A DNA stretch of 64,000 nucleotides, taken from the human T2T-CHM13v2.0 reference genome, Homo sapiens. Shown piece after piece: positions 14,501 to 30,173 of this stretch. The position numbers and the translations under genes are program-made. The stretch lies in assembly GCF_009914755.1 (NCBI RefSeq), contig NC_060927.1. One strand, given 5' to 3'. Position 1 is the stretch's first letter. Each line of letters starts with the position of its first letter. The notes under the pieces are model-generated. The model ran no database searches. It was not told where the DNA came from and worked only from the letters and a program-made list of their open reading frames with translations.

Positions 14501-16921
14501 TGTTTTGTTTTGTTTTTTAAATTTTGCTTATTAGAACAAAGATGAATGTTGAGCAATTTATAGCCTGTGTCTGTCTGATAGGTCCATGCATTGCACAGTA
14601 ATTGTTAAATATTTTTGAATATTAACCCGAATTGGAACTCCACATAGAAGAGATGCTACAAAACAAGGAACAATGAGATTATCCTATCTTAGAGTTTCAA
14701 ATTCTCTCTTTCTCTGTACTCTGTCTCTCTTTCCCTTTCTCTCCTCCATTTCTATATTTACATACATTGTTAATCATATACATTTTGGATATAGGTATGT
14801 ATATATAAACCAGATATATTGTCTTTGGGGGTTCAAATGTAAAGTTAACTTCTCTAAATGTTTATTATACTTCAGTATAAAATTAAAATGTTTAAAATGT
14901 TTATGTATGTTCTCAAATATAACTGAAATACCTGACCATGTTTTCCCAAGTCCTCACTCATTTTTCACAGCCTAATTTAGCCATGAAAAACAGTGAATAA
15001 GAGCAGCATTGAAGTATTTAATCTTCTCATCTTAAATCAAGCTTTCACCCAGTAGGAAAAAGCCCAAACGATGACCTCAGCATCCTTCAGTTTCACAACT
15101 TTTAGTCATGTCCAGGACTAAAGTCAAGAGGGCAAGTAAAGGGATTCTGGAGTATAGTCCCAGACGTACCAGCAGCTCTCATAAGACAAATCATTACCAT
15201 TTCTTTGGTCCTTAGTCTTCTCAGCTATGCAAAATGGGTGATTTATAATAAGTTCTATCTAAAGTTTCTTCTTCTTGTCTTCAAGGATTCCAGTCACAAC
15301 TTTCTAGCCTACTTAACTCCAATCTCAACATTTGCCCAAGCCAGATAATATCAGGTTTAACAGACAGATGCTGCTCATTGAATCCGATTTCTCATCAATG
15401 CTGACAGCTGATCCCTGCAGAAAACTAGGTGCATTCAGTCTTTCAGGCCACAGTGCGCCATTTTGTGAGCCTTCACCTCTGTGACCATTATACCTCCTAG
15501 TGGCTCAGAAGACTACATTCCCCACAAACTTCTAAATTTAAGACCAAAGGAGACCTTTAAAATAGAAAGCAGAAAACTAAAAGATTCTGAAATATTCTTG
15601 TTGCAGCATCATGCATCCTCCATTATGGTCTTGCCAACTGGTCACTGTAAACTTTCCTAATACTGCTCCATGCTACATTAGATCCTCAACTGGGCATCAA
15701 CAGCCACTATTTTTCTTCATGAAAAGGGAGCTTTATTTGTAGGCCACTTAATTAACCTAGTGGGTTTTTGAACCCAGTCATTTAGGAGATCTCTTCTAGA
15801 TTGGAGACGTGATCTACAACCCTTTATTGAAGACCTGGCATTTAGACAGGCAACAGGTAGAGATATGCCTTCCACTTAGACATAATTTTATATTATTTAA
15901 GATCTAGAGTTTATACCAAAACACTGCTTTATTTTACTCTCACTTCTAATTGCAACCTTTGTGTGGTTTTGTCACAGCAATCATGTCTTGATTTTAATTC
16001 TCTGACAACATCGCAGTTGAGGATCTGTGGGCGTAAAACATGTTTTATGAGGAGAACATCTAAATGACTAAAGGATGTGAGATATTTTGCTAAACTGCCA
16101 TTGCTAATCTGATTTAATAGCATCTTAATGGCTCTGTGTATTTTGAAGGTTTGACAAGCTTAGGAACTTGGCAGTCATCTTTAGACCTCTAGCATAGCCA
16201 ATTCCATTTCAGGTCCATGGGGGCTAAAGGTCTTGGATGGCCATTTGGCTACTCAGTTAGAAAGCATCTGTTAAGTGCTCGTTGTGTGTGGCACACTATG
16301 AAATAAAAAGACATGATTTCAGCCTGTGGGAACCTACAGTCTTAGAGAATTCCAAGTTAATGAAGGGTCTAAAGTTTCATTCTTTACTGGAATTATTGAA
16401 TTGAGTTCTGAATAATACATTTATAGAGGGACTTGAAATGAAAGAGGGAAGCAGAGGTGTTTAGCCTAGAATTGAGTTGACTTGGGGCATTCTTTTGATC
16501 ATGCATTTAACCAACGAATACTCATTGAGTATCTGTTCTCTACTTGTCTCTAGAGATGCAAAAGTCCTTCTCTGCCCTCATGGATTATAGCCTGGCTGAG
16601 AAGCCTAATTGCAGTTAGAAGCAGGAGTGGGGCCATACTCAGGGGAGAATAGAGAATTAAAGCAGATTCACTTCAGTTTCAATTTTGGTAAGAACTACCT
16701 TGGAGCAGTGAAGTGTACAGGGAAATTAGGTGTAGAATCACAGCTTAAGGGTGAAGAAACCGGGCCTGGTCTTGGGAATCAACCCAAACTTCCATGAAGA
16801 GTCAGACAATCTAAGATAAAATAAATAATTCCAGGCAGTAGGCAGATTATTTGTTTTAACTAGGAATTGGCAAACTCTTTCCCACAGGCCAACCTTGCCT
16901 GTGGCCTGTTTCTGTAAATAA

Positions 16922-17327
<406 letters not shown>

Positions 17328-17488
17328 TAATCACATTATCTAATTAGTTGTTGCTTATATATGGAAGGTACTGTTATTCTTGTGATTCAGTATTTGGCAA
17401 GCTTGCTGAAATTTCTTGTAGTTCTAATAATTTGTCTGTTGATTCTATTGATTCTCTCAAACTTTGCTATCTTCTGCATTTCCTCTAA

Positions 17489-17706
17489 GCCAAGGATCAG
17501 CCAACTAGTATTTATGGGCCCACCACCTATTTTTGTAAATAAAGTTTTATTGGCACACAGCCACTCCCATTTGTTTACCTTATGGCCATGGCTGCTTTCC
17601 AGCTACAGTGGCAGAGTTGAGCAGTAACAGGGACTGTATAGCCCACAAAACCTAGATAAAATTCTTATTTTCTGGCCTTTTACAGAAAAAACTTTGTTAA
17701 CCCTTG
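17489..17706. mobile_element. MER58A-like hAT MITE
   Basis: tttttgtaaataaagttttattggcacacagcca...ctggccttttacagaaaaa. Confidence 0.75.
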
Positions 17707-18946
17707 ACAGAATGATATCATTAAATATCTGAAGACTGTCCATTAAAATACTTGTTATTTGTGGCTCCAAAGACTTGAACTAGGACCAACAGGTACAGAG
17801 ATAGAGTGTTTAGTTCAATACAACATGGATACATGGATAACTTTTTAGTAGGAAAAACATAGGAGTACTTCCTTGAAGGAAGGTGAAAATTGGCTTAAAA
17901 GATGACATTATAACTAATTGCCCAAACTGGAAACTATTAGCTCATTACTTCAGGAATTCAGGAAAAGCAGTACCGTCCAGCGCAAGCAGAGGTATTTGGC
18001 CTCTCTGCCTTTAAATGAGACAGTCTTCTTGAAAAAGGTTATCTCTGCATTTTCAATATTGAAAAGGAAGGAAGGTGGTGCAGGTTTGATTAAAGTCAAA
18101 TCATAAGATTTATTTTCATCTCTCACAGGTTTCTGAGGACACCTTAAAACCTTGACTGTAAGAGGTGATGTGACACCTTGAGATACCTTGCCTCTCCTGT
18201 TCAGCAGTGGGGAGGTTCTTGTCTCAACAGTTGTTGCCCCATACTCTGGGAATTCACCTACTGGATGGTGGTGGTGGTAGAGAAGATAACTTGGACAGTC
18301 CACTAGACTACATATATCTCCTTCAACCCAGGGGAAAACATGCCTTTTTTCAAAAGGGCAAAATGGTAAACTCAGTCAGGTGAATTTGTATGACTAATTG
18401 GATATTTCCAAATGTTTTTAGGTTAGTGATATATACATCATATGACTTGTTTCTCAAGAAAGTCAATGTGGGAACTTTTCATAAAACAATTTTTGCCTTT
18501 TTTTTTCAGGAGAAAATCCCACTCTGTGGAAGTTAGTAAATGTCCCTTCTGTAGTTAAATTTAGTAAGCACAGATGCCAGCTAAGGCAGGTGTTGGCAAA
18601 AATCTTATGGCACGCAACTCTGCAAACTGGTCTCCTTCTGCCAACAGAGTCTCTGCAAATTGTACTTAAACAAGCACGATGTGTTGCTGATTTCTCTTTC
18701 ATATTCTCTAAATTGCCAGTTGTTTTGTTAAATTCTGTGTTCTTACAGACATCAGCATCAACTTTAATAATTGTCCAGGTTTTGAAGGAGATACAGTTGC
18801 CACAAGTTCTTCTACAGAGTCCAGACTCTGGATGGACTTGGTCCCTCAAGTTGGGACTCCATTGCTAGTACTCTCCCAATGACTAGCCCTTAAGATATGT
18901 TTATTAATGTTAGGTGGAACTTCTTGCTTTTGCTCATAGTTAGGAA

Positions 18947-19090
18947 AGTTGTTCTTAAAGTGTATTCTTCAGACCAGCAGCATCAACATCACCTTGGACT
19001 TCTTAAAATTGCAAATTCATAGGCTGCATCTCAACCTACTAAATCAGAAACTCAAGCCTTTCAGTTGATTTCAAGTTTGAGAACCATTGC
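18947..19090. mobile_element. MER5A-like MITE
   Basis: accagcagcatcaacatcacc...tttgagaaccattgc. Confidence 0.65.
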
Positions 19091-20580
19091 TTTAGGAAAA
19101 ATACTTAAGAACTGCCAACCGTGTCTTCCTCATGAAATCACCTCTTTTGGTTATTCAATAAACAGTTATTGCCTGCATGTGCCCCATTACTAAGCCATGT
19201 GCTGAAAAAGAGTAGCCTATGAATGTCATGAATATAAGGATCAGATCTGTGTTACCACAGTGTGCCCCCATTTGTGGGCACTGCATATGGCTTATTATTG
19301 GTGTCAAATGAATATTTACTTATTTAATTTATTGGAATATTAATACAACTAAGCCCCTGTCTTCTAAAGACTTTGATATATGGAATTTCAAGTGCCGTAA
19401 CCTTCATTACTATTGTTGTATCTCTCTTACTCCAAAGAATATAAAACGTTGGCAATGAATTATAATGAATTAAGACATTTTTACTTTATGCATAAAATTA
19501 TGTTAGGTGTTTTTATTTAGATTTGAAAGCAAGAGTTGTCTTTACAGGCAAATCATGTATTTCATATAGCAGAAAAGTATGGCTGAGGTTGTATATTTTG
19601 GTTGAACTAGACTAAATTATATGTGTTCCTTACTTCTACTTTGCCTTGGTTGTGTAGACCTGGGTAGGTCTTTACATCTTCCCACCTTTTTTAATAGTTC
19701 GAAGATGAAAAGGGGGTTCTGGAGCAATTCCATCAATGTTCGCACTCTTTTAGCCTACTTCTGTAAATCACTAGAGCAGCTGTGCACCAATTAATTGCAA
19801 AAGCGTACAGGTGGTCAGCAGAATGACTTGATAAATGCACTCTTATTTTAAGGGGCCTTTCGTTTCTTACAAAACAAAAAAGGAAACAGCTTTTAAATTT
19901 AATGCAGAAAGTAAAGGCCAAAATAGTTAAAATAAAAAAATTAGTCAAATAACAACATATCCTGTGCTAGTTGTAACCAAATTAAATGGAACAGTTCACA
20001 GGTGTTCCAAAACGATGTTCATAATATTGTTGAAGAAAATTGCTTCTCTTGTTTTTATGACTTTAATACTAGGCCAATCTTTATATACAGTGAAAAATTT
20101 TTAAACAGCAGTGAAATGATGCCATTCTATCTCTGATCCTTCTCTTTATGTACTGTACTACTGCCATATATACACATTAATCTATTACTGATGACTCTGT
20201 TATTCACGTTCCTATAGCCATAAATATGGATCACTGTGTATCAATCCAGAAATCACTCACTCTGTGTGACTAGATAAACAACATATACAGATCATTTTAG
20301 TAAAGAATGATCTTAAGTGAGTGAACTTGTACTAGAAGCTATAATTATACTTAATAAATGACTTCTATGCCTGGAAAGAAGTATATGTTTGACTTAATGG
20401 CTATTATATATCACAGCATAAACACTGCATTCCTACATCTTTTCCTCCCTTCAACAAATCCTTACCCATCACATTTTTTCCCATATTACTGGTATTGGGC
20501 TAAGATTTGTGAAGGATACAGAAAAAAATGAGAAGAATTTCTATCCCTAAAGCAGGTAAGAGAACAACAGAAGAGATGCT

Positions 20581-20583
<3 letters not shown>

Positions 20584-20633
<50 letters not shown>

Positions 20634-20663
20634 TTTCTGTCTGTCTGTCTAGCTAGCTAGCTA
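20584..20663. repeat. Compound microsatellite: about (TG)24, then (TCTG)n and (CTAG)n
   Basis: Read directly from the sequence. Confidence 0.97.
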
Positions 20664-20959
20664 TAAAGATGATAGAAAACAGCATTGCTATTTAAGAGGT
20701 ACCCTGAAGTTTATATGTAAAATGTTTTATGTCAGTAGTTACTCACTGAACACCTACAAGTGAAGAGCCTGCAGTGGAAGTTAGGAATATAGCTATGAAA
20801 AAGACAGACGCATTATTTGGTGTTATATGTTTTGCCATCTAAATGGAAGGCAGACACTAAACACATGAATAAACAAGAGAATTATAAATTGTGATAAGTA
20901 ACATGAAGCAAGCAAGACAGTAGTAGAGAATAACTCTACTTGGTGTGGGCATGAGAATA

Positions 20960-21920
20960 TGCCCACACAAAGACTTGCAAGTAAATGGTCATGGAAGCAT
21001 TATTGGCAATAGCTAAAAGTGGAAGCCAACCAAATGCCCATCAACTGGTGTTATGGGTTGAATTTTGTCCCTCAAATAGATATGGTGAAGTCCTAACACC
21101 CAGTGCCCCTGAATGTAACCATATTTAGAAATAGAGTCGTTGTAGATGTAATCAGTAAAGATAAGGTCATGGTAGGGTAAGATGGGCCATAGATCCAATA
21201 TGCCTGGTGTCCTTCTAAGAACACAATGGGAAGACACACATACACAGAAAGAATGTCACGTGACAACCGAGGCAGAGATGGACTGACATGACTATAAGCC
21301 AATGAATGCCAAGGATTGACAGCTACCACCAGAAGGTAGGAAGGATTCTGCCCAGAGTCTCAAAGGGTGCATGGCCCTGTCAACACCTTTATTTATGACT
21401 TCTATCCTCTAGAACTGTAAGAGAATAAATTTCTTTTGCTTAGGGCCACTGAGTTTGTAGTGCTTTGTTAAAGCATCTCTAGGAAACTAATAAAACCAGC
21501 GAATGGAGAAGGAAAATGTGGCATATCCTACAGTGGAATATTATTCTGCAATAAAAAGGAACAAACTACTGGTACCTGTTACAACATCGATCAATCTTGA
21601 AAACGCTATGTTCAGTGAAAGGAGCCAGGCACAAAAGACCACATATTGCACAATTTAATTTATAGGAAATATTCAGAAAAAAGCAAATGTACAGAGACAG
21701 AAAGCAGATTAGAGGTTTCCCAGGGCTGAGACTGGGAATGGGGATTCATTGTGAATGGGCGTGAGGGATCTTACTGGGGTAATGGAAATGTTCTAAAACT
21801 AGATTGTGGTGATAGTTTCATGACTCAGCAAATCTGCTAAAAACCATTGGATTGCACACTTAAAATTGGTGAACTTTTTAGTATGTAAATTATACCTTAA
21901 AAACTTGTTTTTTAAAAAAA
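20960..21920 (+). mobile_element. Old L1M 3' end, split by an MLT1 LTR
   Basis: caaatgcccatcaactgg [MLT1] ...gaatggagaaggaaaatgtgg...aatgttctaaaactagattgtggtgatag. Confidence 0.8.
21049..21494 (+). mobile_element. MLT1 (ERVL-MaLR) solo LTR, MLT1B/C-like
   Basis: tgttatgggttgaattttgtccc start and agaactgtaagagaataaatttc...aggaaactaata end. Confidence 0.85.
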
Positions 21921-23267
21921 ATTATCAATGGAAACAGACAAAGGTAGAAGTTTTTATCATTTGGGTCATTTAAAGACCATTGTGGGCTAGAGAGTAGGGC
22001 CTACAGAGGAGAGGGAAAGGCAGGCAGTAAGTAGGTAAAGGATTCTGGGAGAGAAAATGTTCAGTTTGGGCCTAAATAGATAGGATTTTAGGACGCGGAG
22101 ATAACAGTTCAGGGATCTGGGACATTGCATCTCTGCGTTGCCAGTGATATTTTAGTTCTTTCAAACAAGGTTGTGTGACATATATTTGCTCCTTGGTGGA
22201 ATTTTCATGATCAGATTAAATAAACACAATTTTATATGTGATATTTATAGACAGAGAGAGGCTGGGAAAAAACCTGACCACTTCTAAGACCTCCTTGGCT
22301 TTTGTATTCTAACCTTATTGTCTCATCTCCCTCTAACACATGATACACTGCAAGGCAGGCTGTCTTGATTTCCTGGGAAGACGAAAGACCTCCTTCTCTC
22401 AAGGCAATTCTTTTTAATTAACACTGCTCTCAGAGTATACAGCCATATACACAGCACTAAAAGGTGTTAACTTGCTCACTGCGCTCAAAGTCATACTACT
22501 GATATTTATGGGATGATGATTCAACGGTACGGGCTGTTTGTTAGCAAGTTCAACAGCTGTGTGTGAATGTTGTTGTGAGTATGCACTGAGTCTTTACCAG
22601 GCCAGCTTTGTGCAGATGCTGAAAGAAAGGCCAGCCCAGACTCAGGGGCAAGAGAACTCAGACAGCAGAGGCTAGCCCAGAAAGGAGGAATAATTTTGTA
22701 ACCGAACATGTCAAGCATGAGTGTAATGTATTTGAACCTACTTTTGTAGTGTTATTCATTTCGTGGTGAGAGGCCTTCGTAAGAGATTAAGATGAGGAGT
22801 CAGGGGCCTGAGTTTCAACACCGACTGGTTTTCTGTGGGACTAAAGATAAACCGTTTAACTCTTGAGATTACAGCCTTGCTTGTAAAAGAAAGGGATAGA
22901 TTAGAACTGTGATTTTTAACCTATGGAGGGATAAGCGTCCCTTCAAGAATAGGTTGCTAGCCGTGGATCCTCTCTTTAGAAAAATGTGCATCCAGGAGGA
23001 AATTAATACCCAGATTAAGGTTGCTGAACCAAATGATATCAAAGGTCCCTTCCAAATCCAACACTCCTCATCATTCCAGGAAAGGAAGAAAAATGAAAAC
23101 AAGAAGAAGAACTATTATGTTCGAGTTTGCACTATTGACAACATACTTTATAGCAAAGTTAGCTAGACTGTAAGTCATCAGACACCCAGGGTTGATTCTG
23201 TTTCTCACAGTTTGAGGAGATCCTCTTGATGCTTCTCAAACTCTGAAATGGCTGATGAAAAGGGTCA

Positions 23268-23825
<558 letters not shown>

Positions 23826-24075
23826 ATTTTTTGTCTTTAACCTTTCCTTCTAAGGTTCAGTCTCTTTTTCCTCTGACTATGGGAAGCCTAAAGGAGAGAT
23901 GAAATGGAGAGCCCTATCTTTTTATAGTAAGCCAGGTAATTCCAAACTCTTTATGGGCACAGTTGAATCAAAGATCATAAAAACTGATCAGAGATGGAAT
24001 AAGAATAAATGTATTAGAACAATTAGAGCAGTGGCAAATTGAGTCAAGCATGTATTGATAAGAAATAATTGATAA

Positions 24076-24425
<350 letters not shown>

Positions 24426-25139
24426 TTAGTTTGTTAGACTGTGTTACCTTGGGCATAATTGTAGAGTCATTTTCCGGGATATAGGAAAAGTGGGAGAATA
24501 TGACCCTCCAAATAAGTGTGCCATTGGCAAGGTAGGTGTAACTTAAATGTTTTCTGTAGCTGTATCTTGTTATTCTTTTTTCACAGGTCCAAAATGTAAT
24601 AAAAATACAGGCATTTGATGTTACCTTGAATATACTAATTTATGATTCATTTATATTGGCCTTGGAAATGAAAGTAAAAGTTGTGGCCACAGAATGATTA
24701 CTCAGAAGAATTATTTTATTATATAGACATAATTAAGCATGCAGGTATTTTTGAGTACTTTTATTAATAAATCTTACAAATTTTTCTGCAGTATACTTCC
24801 AAAGAGATAATTTAATTTTCCTGATGACTAGCACTTCATCCCCTTCTCCTTTTTTTCCTTAAGACTACCTTAAAACAATACTTTTGAGGGGCAAAGTTGT
24901 ATGCATGGAGAATTTAATCCAGGCAAATGGTGTGGTTCTGCGACACAAATTTTTCTGTAGCAGTAACTGGGAGAAGAGCCACAATTCATGACTGCTAGAG
25001 ATAGGACCTGCTTTAAATGAAGGAATTAATTGTGCACATAATGATGTGTATAAGCATTCTGCATTAACAGAAAAATGAGTTTTACATTTTATACATTTTA
25101 AAAGAATCTCCAAGACTTAGCCCCTTTATTTATTCACAG

Positions 25140-25242
25140 GAGTGATGGGTGAATATGAGCCCAAAATAGAAGTGCAGTTCCCAGAAACAGTTCCGACTGC
25201 AAAAGGAGCAACGGTGAAGCTGGAATGCTTTGCTTTAGGAAA
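25140..25242 (+). CDS. CNTN4: Contactin-4 coding exon, first half of Ig3 (103 nt, phase 1-2)
   Basis: tttattcacAG acceptor and AA|GTAAGT donor. Translates (G)[33 protein letters not shown](N), in frame with the previous exon. Not in the ORF track. Confidence 0.97.
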
Positions 25243-26093
25243 GTAAGTTCTGGTTTGCGTTCCTTCTCATCCTCCCTTCAGCTTGAGCAGGTATAGAGTT
25301 TTTCTTGCACTGTTCACAGCGATGGTTTCTGAGGTGACGGAAAAGCAAGTGAAGCCTTTCTCTTTGTAATTCTGTGTATGCATCTTGGATTCTGCCCCTC
25401 ACCATGGAGAGAGGACATGTAATGGTGCAAGAAGGATTAGGCTGCCACAACTGACATGACCACAAAGGAAAGGAGAATGGGCAATTCTGAAAAAGTATTT
25501 TGTTCTATTATCATGACCTGTAATGTGCATGCTGTCTAACCCAGAATGACAGGAAAACAATGGCCTCCACTTGAGGTACAGTTAAGCTGACTATGTGGAA
25601 AAATACGGACTTTCATTTTGGCCCCAGTTTATAGAGGATGCATCAGACTTTTCTTGAATTTCTTTTTAAACTCTCAGTCTCTTCTCTCTACTTTGGATTT
25701 CCTTCTCCTCTGGCTAGAGATAGGTAAGACGTGTTGTTCTCTAAGAGAGTCTGTTTTACAAAGTTGTCCAAATATTGTTTACAACTTTATTATTCAGTGT
25801 GGACTTCCTTGAGAAAAGCCTACTTCTAAACTAGCTAACTTTTCCTTACAGAATATATCAGACAGCATAAAGAACATGAAATGCACATCATTTGGGATTT
25901 TTATTTGCCAGTAACCAGCAATAAAGATTTGGCATAAACAGTATAAACTATTATCTGAAGTGAGAATTTTGACATCTTCTTTGGATTTTAATGATCCGTG
26001 TCAATCTTTATGCCCAGCCCCATCTATCTGACGAATCCATTATTAACTCTCTTTTTCCTGCGCCCAAATGTTGACTAAGGCAACAACAGTAAC

Positions 26094-26232
26094 TTTTTTT
26101 TTTTTTATTTTTCGGTAGAGGCAGGATCTGCGTATGTTGCCCAGGCTAGTCTTGGACTCCTGGCCTCAACTAATCCTCCCACCTTTGCTCGTCTAAGTGC
26201 TGGGATTATAGTCCCTAGCCACTGAGCCAGGC
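26094..26232 (-). mobile_element. Free left Alu monomer (FLAM-like)
   Basis: T tail followed by a single left arm. Flanked by aacagtaact and aacactaact. Confidence 0.8.
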
Positions 26233-27635
26233 AACACTAACTCCACCAATCCTTATATCAGCGTGTAATCTCTTTTCTTATGATTTTTGTGTTTTACAGC
26301 AATCATAGAAGAGGTTCCTTTTTCCATTTTATTGTCGGTTCTAATAGAAAGGTTGTTTTGGTTTCCATGTGTTTTCAAGTCGTGACAAATAAGCTACAGT
26401 CGTATCTTTACTTTGGTACAGTACAATGCAGTGGTAATTTTTTATGTCCTGAAAACTTATCATATTAAATAAATTAAGACATAATTATAGGATTGAACAC
26501 TCTACAGACATTAAAAGTCAAGTTGCAAAACAACATTTAAGACATGGAAAATGCCCATGCTAAGAGAACAAAAGCAGATTGCTAACAGGATAATATGATT
26601 ACACTTTTTATTTTTATTTTAAAGTATTTGTGTATAAGCATTTATATATATGAAATTAAAGATGAGAGCAGGTAACTGGGTAGTCTAGATATACATTTGA
26701 TGAATTTTTTAAGATGACACCTTGAAAAATCATCTGTGAAAAAGAGCAGAATTCACGTTGTTCACACTTCAAAGGGGGTTATGAATTAAACTCTATTCAC
26801 ACTGTTTGAATAGTGCTGGAATAAAAACAAAAATCCCAAATTGGCTTCTTCAGTCTACACAGAAATGTTTGGGTATGCACATCCAGCTGCTGAAACACAT
26901 CATCACTGCCCACTTAAGAGCAGGAAGACTACATCTCAGTATGGTTATTTTTAAAGGCATATATTAAGTGCATATCTCATCAGTATAAAGACACCGATTA
27001 TGTACTTTTCATAGACCTTTTCTGCATTTTGAGTTAGTGTCTGTCTAACGAACTTAAATTCTTCTAAAACAAATATAGTAGAGTTGATGGCTTTAATGTT
27101 TTAAATACCATCTCAGGTTTCCCAGAGAAGATTAGCAAGTCTTTAGTCTAATTACTTCTCTGTGTGTGTATTTGTGAAAAATAAATAAGTAAATAATTGT
27201 ATCCCCTGCCAGGCAGCCACAATCTTAAAAGCTGTGGTTAGCTCACTAAACCATTGATTTGCAGATTCAATGATGCCCTCTCTGCAATTTAAGATTTGTT
27301 CCAACAGTTATGGCAGTAGGATGATAGATGCCTTGAGAGTACATAAAGACCTCACAGATGGCATCTTTCTTTCTCTCACTATTTTAAGCGAAGTTTCCCC
27401 AACCCATCTTGCAAATGGACTGCTGTAAGTTGGTAAGGTTCTCAATATATAAATGACAAGGAGAAAAACCATGTTGTCCAAAAGAATGTACCTTGAGTGA
27501 ACCCTTCCTGTATGTCAGCAATAGGTTGTGTCTCCCAAATTTTATGAGCTCATTATTTCTACTATCATTTATTCATTATTTGGATATTTCTCAAAGTAGG
27601 GCACTTGCATTGTTGGTACATAGATTTATGGAAAT

Positions 27636-28154
27636 ATATTGTTTCTGTTATCTATTGCTACATAACCAACTTAGAGGGAACACCAGAATTTTATTATATC
27701 TTACAATTTGTGGGTTAAGAATTCAGGCAGGGCTTGGCTGGCTGATTCTTTTGCTTTTAGTGGCATCCTTCAGGTCTTTCAGTAGTATTTAGCTGACAGA
27801 TGAACTGGTCTAGAAAGCTCACAAGAGTCTCACACACATTTCTGGTATTTTGTTGGGGACGTTGGAAGGCTGGTGTCACTGAGACTGTTATCTGGAAGCC
27901 TTACGTACGGCTTCTCCTTCCTGGCGGTCTCAAGGTATTCACTCTTCTCGTAGGACAGCTCAGGGCTGCCATGAGACAGAAAGCAGAAGCTGCCAGTTTC
28001 TTAACACCTGAGCTTTGATCCTGCAACATCACTTCTGTCTTATTTATTAGTCAAAGTGGTTAAAAAGCGCTACCAGATTCAAGGGGAGGGGCCATAGACC
28101 TCATCTCAATGGGAGGAATGTGAAAGAATTTGCAGCTATCTTTAATTTGCCACA
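27636..28154 (-). mobile_element. Old MLT1 LTR (MLT1G/H-like)
   Basis: ttatctattgctacataacc...aattcaggcagggcttggctgg...ccagattcaaggggagggg...ctttaatttgccaca. Confidence 0.75.
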
Positions 28155-28209
28155 AATGCACATGAACATTTTTATTTTCATATTTTTTATTTAGAAAAAA
28201 ACATGTATG

Positions 28210-28425
<216 letters not shown>

Positions 28426-28496
28426 GCAAAAAACATATGAGGAAACATATATAACATATAAAAATCTGTTTTTATTTCAATGATGATATTGTATAG

Positions 28497-28810
<314 letters not shown>

Positions 28811-29035
28811 GATCACCTTATTGAAAGTTAAGAAAAGTTATTTGATTTTAAGAACACTAAATAAGTAATGCTAGAGATGTGGATATGATTAAAGTTATAA
28901 TGGAGATAGAGGAATGAATGAAGTTTGCAAAACACCCAACCTTATATGTGTAGAACCAAGAAGGAAGCGTTTAGGTTCAGATAAAAGGTCCAGTTTTCTC
29001 TAGTTTGATTCACTCCTTTTTATTCTTGCTATCAG

Positions 29036-29220
29036 TCCAGTACCAACTATTATCTGGCGAAGAGCTGATGGAAAGCCAATAGCAAGGAAAGCCAGAAGAC
29101 ACAAGTCAAATGGAATTCTTGAGATCCCTAATTTTCAGCAGGAGGATGCTGGTTTATATGAATGTGTAGCTGAAAATTCCAGAGGGAAAAATGTAGCAAG
29201 GGGACAGCTAACTTTCTATG
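29036..29220 (+). CDS. CNTN4: Contactin-4 coding exon, second half of Ig3 (185 nt, phase 2-1)
   Basis: ttcttgctatcAG acceptor and G|GTAAGT donor. Translates (N)[61 protein letters not shown](A). Confidence 0.97.
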
Positions 29221-30173
29221 GTAAGTGTATGATTTCAGTTTATCATTTATAGTGCTACAGAACTTCCTGATATTGAAATCATAAGCTGAGAGGCATTCAG
29301 GCATTTTGGGAGAGATGGTGCAGAATAGGACTGTGTGAAACTCATGGTTTGCTCCATAATCAGCCCTGGTTGATTCTGGGTGTGGAGAGTGAGGGTGGGG
29401 GGCAAGGGTGTTGACGGAGCAGAGAGGAAGACATTAGGCTGATGTGTTTGGAGGATGGGTATTAGTGTGAACACACTTGCAAAGAAGTCTGTTTTTCCTC
29501 TTTGCATCAAGCTGTAAACCTGACACAGGAAACGTTTTATTATTCCTACTCCTGATTTATCTTTTTTTTTTTAAGCTCTGTGCTTTTCTTCATTAGAATT
29601 TTGATTTGAGGCTTGTGCTAATCTTTTGTAATTGCTCCTATTTGTTAGCAATTTAATGTGGTACCATGAACATTTCAAAATGCACACTGTCCAAATTTAG
29701 TTCTTATCAGAGTGGAACGTGACAAATCTCTCTCACCCCAAAGACTTTTTATGTGCAGCTGCTCCTATTCCAATCAAATCATCAGCATTGATCCAAACAA
29801 TATAAATGTAAAACCACTAGCACATGGTCATTATTGAGACCATCTTGGAAACCCTGTTAGGATACTGATTTGAAATCTCGAAAAGGATTTCATTGGATAG
29901 GCATTTTGAAAGCAAACTGAGTTCTGCCAAATTGGAGCATGCCAGAATCCCATCTGTCTGGGATACAGAAAACAAATACTATAGATTGATAATTATTTAA
30001 GAATGGTTTAAACAAACAACAATGCATATTAAAATGATGAGAGTAGTTCTGTAGGGCAAGTTGTAGCAAAAGCTTTAAATGTTCTTATTTCTTGCAGTAA
30101 TTGATCCCACAAAAGTCTATTTATTTCACTAATTCTTCTTCCAAAGCATTTTGGTTTTAAGATATGACCGAAG

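Noticed and set aside
25137-25142. NAGNAG acceptor CAGGAG that could drop one Gly
   Set aside because: A distal GAG is rarely used against a proximal CAG, and there is no other support.
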